Shown here: one piece after another, positions 60,801 to 64,000 of the stretch
How positions within the stretch are numbered: position 1 is the first letter of the stretch
Layout: each line of letters opens with the position of its first letter
From: Fimbriosthenelais zetlandica
Lineage: Eukaryota
Direction of reading: 5' to 3'
Assembly: GCA_977030845.1 (NCBI GenBank)
Contig: OZ365116.1
Coordinates: forward strand, 15,624,001 to 15,688,000
DNA: 64,000 nucleotides
The notes under the pieces: model-generated
What the model was told of the DNA's origin: nothing
Databases searched by the model: none
Seen by the model: only the letters and a program-made list of their open reading frames with translations
Program-made: the position numbers and the translations under genes

Positions 60801-62760
60801 AGTATCTTGTTTGGCAGACATAGCTATGTCAATTAAGTCAAAATAGCATGCTGATTTATTGAATTCTCTATACTTCAGGCCATGAAAAATTATAGCTATC
60901 ATAATTCTATCATGATTAATAATAGAAATTCGTATTTTCTACAATTATTTCAGCTCATGAATATGGGGATGTTTTTTTATCAAAGATACGGCTGAATAAT
61001 ATATGATACAAAAAGTAAGTTTCAAAGGGGAAAGAAATAATATAAGTTGGAGAGCTTGGGATATACATAGGCTAAGGGGGTTTGCAGATCAATCATTTCG
61101 AGGACTTTGAGAATTTGTCTAATTTATTAAGACAGGAGGCTGGACTTTAGACAGTGATAGGGAGGGGTTAGACAGAGGCTGGCTGGGTGCATGTATATAA
61201 TATATTTGCTGGGGGTGGGTGAGTAAGGGGTTGAGTATATAGGGAAGCAGGGTTGACATTACAGCTTAATGCTTGACCAGGCGTTGAAGTCCTCACAATA
61301 AATGGGTCGAGTCTGTCATCTGACACTGGGTATATTTACTGGTTAAAGTTTGACTCCAACACCCACTCTCATCCTCCCCCCACCTATACCTCATACAGGT
61401 ACTCCCTCACCGTGTCTGGGCAAATTATTACCCTGCTACACACCTGAAAGATTATAGATCACCTCCCATTATTCTCACAATTTGTGAATTTGTAAGATTT
61501 CTTTCTAAAGGTTTGAAGTATTGATGTAAGAAATCCCCCTGCAGATTTGGTTTCACACTGCACTCGCACTACCTGATTTCATGAAACTTGAATTGGATCA
61601 CCAATGGATCAACTTTTGTTTCGCATTCTAAGGAATGTATCAAATGGCAAGGGTACTAGAGACGACTATACCTCTGCCATCAAAGTAAAGGCATGTCTCA
61701 AAGAAAACAAAGTAAATATTTAAAAAGAAAATGAGACAGAACTGGATTGTTTAAATTCACAAAGATGCTGACAACGTTTCATACTCTATATAGCCCTGTT
61801 TTTCATGCTGTGTAAACCTGATATAAAATAGATCATGTTTTTCGCTACCATATATCCTGTAGCCCACCCGACTGGTGTCATTTTCAGTGATCTTACTTAT
61901 ACGTGAACCGTGTTGCCTTTCAACAATAGAGAGGGCTCACACAGACGAGGCTTGTTCAGTTGGATCATGTTAGAACCTCTTATACAAACATTACAGGGGT
62001 AGAGGATTCTCACTACAACCACACCCCCGGAGATCTCAACCCATGGCTGTGGTGAAAGGACAATCTGTCCTATTAAAGCCATTTCTCACAATGATAAAAC
62101 TCAGACTTAGCAGGCTGATAAAAATGTCAACATCCAAGCATGTCTAAAATTAAAGTTGAAGTGAAACATTCAAGCAGTCACCGATTGAATATACTATACC
62201 CAATTCAACTGTCACTTTAATATGAGACCACCAGATTGACCTGTGGATCAAGGCTCCTCATGATATACATGGCTGCTAGCCAGGCCTCTTTTCATTCCAA
62301 TCTAAATCGATGGATTTGAAAGAAGCAGTTGGCAGAGATAGATGTGAGGTTGAGGATCATGGTGCCTCATGAGTGGGTGCCTCTTCTCTTTTATTTAAGA
62401 CTCCTGTTGGCAGACTAGATGATGGCATTTCCTTCTCTCACCTGGCTAATGTCCAGGACTGGAATCATGGTAGGAATATAGCCATGATAAAGTTACATGG
62501 ATATTGGCAGGGTTAGATTCTTAGTCTGATGGCTTCAGAGGGCAAGGGTTATTAAAATTGGTTAATATGATTAATCAAAATTTTGTTTAATCAAAATTCA
62601 CTAAGTGTTGGCTCATAATATATGATGTGAGATGTCAAGTATTTGAGTGATGAAGTTTAGGTTTTAAAACCTATTCAGCAATTCAGTCTCGGCATTAAGT
62701 TCTTCAAAAAATCGTCTTAACACCCCTCCCTATTCACAGCTTTAACAGTAAACTTCAAAT

Positions 62761-62790
62761 AGGCCCATGAATGAGGCCCATGAATGAGGC
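62761..62790. repeat. 13-bp tandem repeat (AGGCCCATGAATG)x2.3
   Basis: Read directly from the sequence. Confidence 0.8.
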
Positions 62791-64000
62791 ACTTGCACCC
62801 GCATATTTCAAATTATTATTGCACCATAATTTACAACAAATGTGGTAAATTGCTTCTAGAAAGTTTTAAGGATCTTTGAGCATTTTACGTGAAGATGAAT
62901 GCCCACATTTTCCACGCTCATGAACTTGAAGTAGAAGAGCCTTTTGTCAGTGGTGGGTGTTTGACTATGTATGTTTTTCACCCTAGTTGATCAGGAGTGT
63001 TATTTTAGGTTAAAGGTCACCTGCTATCTACCTTTACATCAGGACGGTCTTTATGAACACCTGGGAAATACTCTTACTCCTACATTACATTTAATGATGG
63101 CTGACTATCATGGCTTTTACTGATGGAGATTTACTTATAGGTCATAATTACTTATATATACATCACAGAAATTCACTAGGATCTTCACTTTTAATTTGGG
63201 TTACTAAACCATACATAACAAACTGGGGGAATGAGAATTTCTTTACATTCTCAGCAGCAGTCCATTCACTGCCAGAGGCTTTTAAACCACGTTTTGATCT
63301 TAATGTTCTTTCCTTAACTTTGTAATTACATTATGAATTGCTAAAATCTTTCGTTGGGTTTCTGCTGAATGTGTCGACATACCTGTCATATATAAATCAC
63401 TATTAAAGAGGCTTTATTCAATGGCGTTCATCAAGCATGGAGATTTATGGCCATAAACAAATGTAGAGGACATTACAGTCTGCTACATGATATCTTCCCC
63501 AGTCCTTTCTCCCTGCTCCAGTTTTCACAGATAGTGACCATGTTCATTTACAAAGTCTCTTCCATAACACACTACTCAAGCACATTTGTGGTCTGTGGTT
63601 TTTACCCTTTTTGTGTTCATGTCCTCAGTTTGGCTCAAGATTACATGAACTGAGGTCTGGGCAGACGTTTGTGTTTGTAGGTGGGTGTTAGGAACTCAGT
63701 GAGTCAGGGCAGAGAGACTACACTCACTGGTCAGAGGAAATCATCAAGGCTTCATGAGTTCTTGATCTTCTATTGCCAAATATTAATAGACACAACAAAA
63801 GGTTGACTGGGGTGAAAAATGTCTGTCCCTCCTACTGCGAAACAAAGAAACATGTGCAGAGAGGGGAGGAGAAGAATTGGCATACCCACAGGACAAAGAA
63901 CAGAAGAAGGGGTAACTTCAACAGAGGGTGGTATGTCTCATTGTGTCCGGGCAAGATCCAATTTTCAGTAGAGAGTAGAGAGTGAGGTATGGACGTGAGC

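Noticed and set aside
63681-63930. Possible exon of a downstream + strand gene (tttgtag| ... TG|gtatgt)
   Set aside because: No recognisable product and the window ends; it cannot be supported beyond generic splice-like motifs.

Overview
AT-rich, intron-containing genomic DNA from a bilaterian invertebrate. The phylum cannot be fixed from sequence alone. There are no prokaryotic features: no CRISPR array, rRNA or intact tRNA was seen. Manual splice assembly supports four genes. (1) single-minded (sim), + strand, 8 exons from 3539 to 15977; the bHLH exon lies upstream of the window. (2) A secreted ~342-aa protein, + strand, 17654-21297, built from two internally duplicated, divergent CAP/SCP-like repeats; it is almost invisible in the ORF track. 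(3) A ~921-aa WS/DGAT-family O-acyltransferase-like protein, + strand, 35843-45714, whose catalytic motif reads HQxxxDG instead of HHxxxDG and which carries a coiled coil and an S/P-rich tail. (4) A 129-aa secreted 8-Cys knottin precursor resembling agatoxin-like peptides, - strand, 48376-47864, with a GC-box/CCAAT/TATA promoter. Next to gene 4 are a tRNA-derived SINE, a 127-bp palindromic element and two weaker peptide-precursor candidates. One of these is interrupted by a single stop codon and ends in KRR-SVHVFWKSFSHVA, similar to the somatostatin FWKTFT core. No convincing gene was found in 53-64 kb. All coordinates were counted by hand and all family assignments come from motif recall, not database searches.
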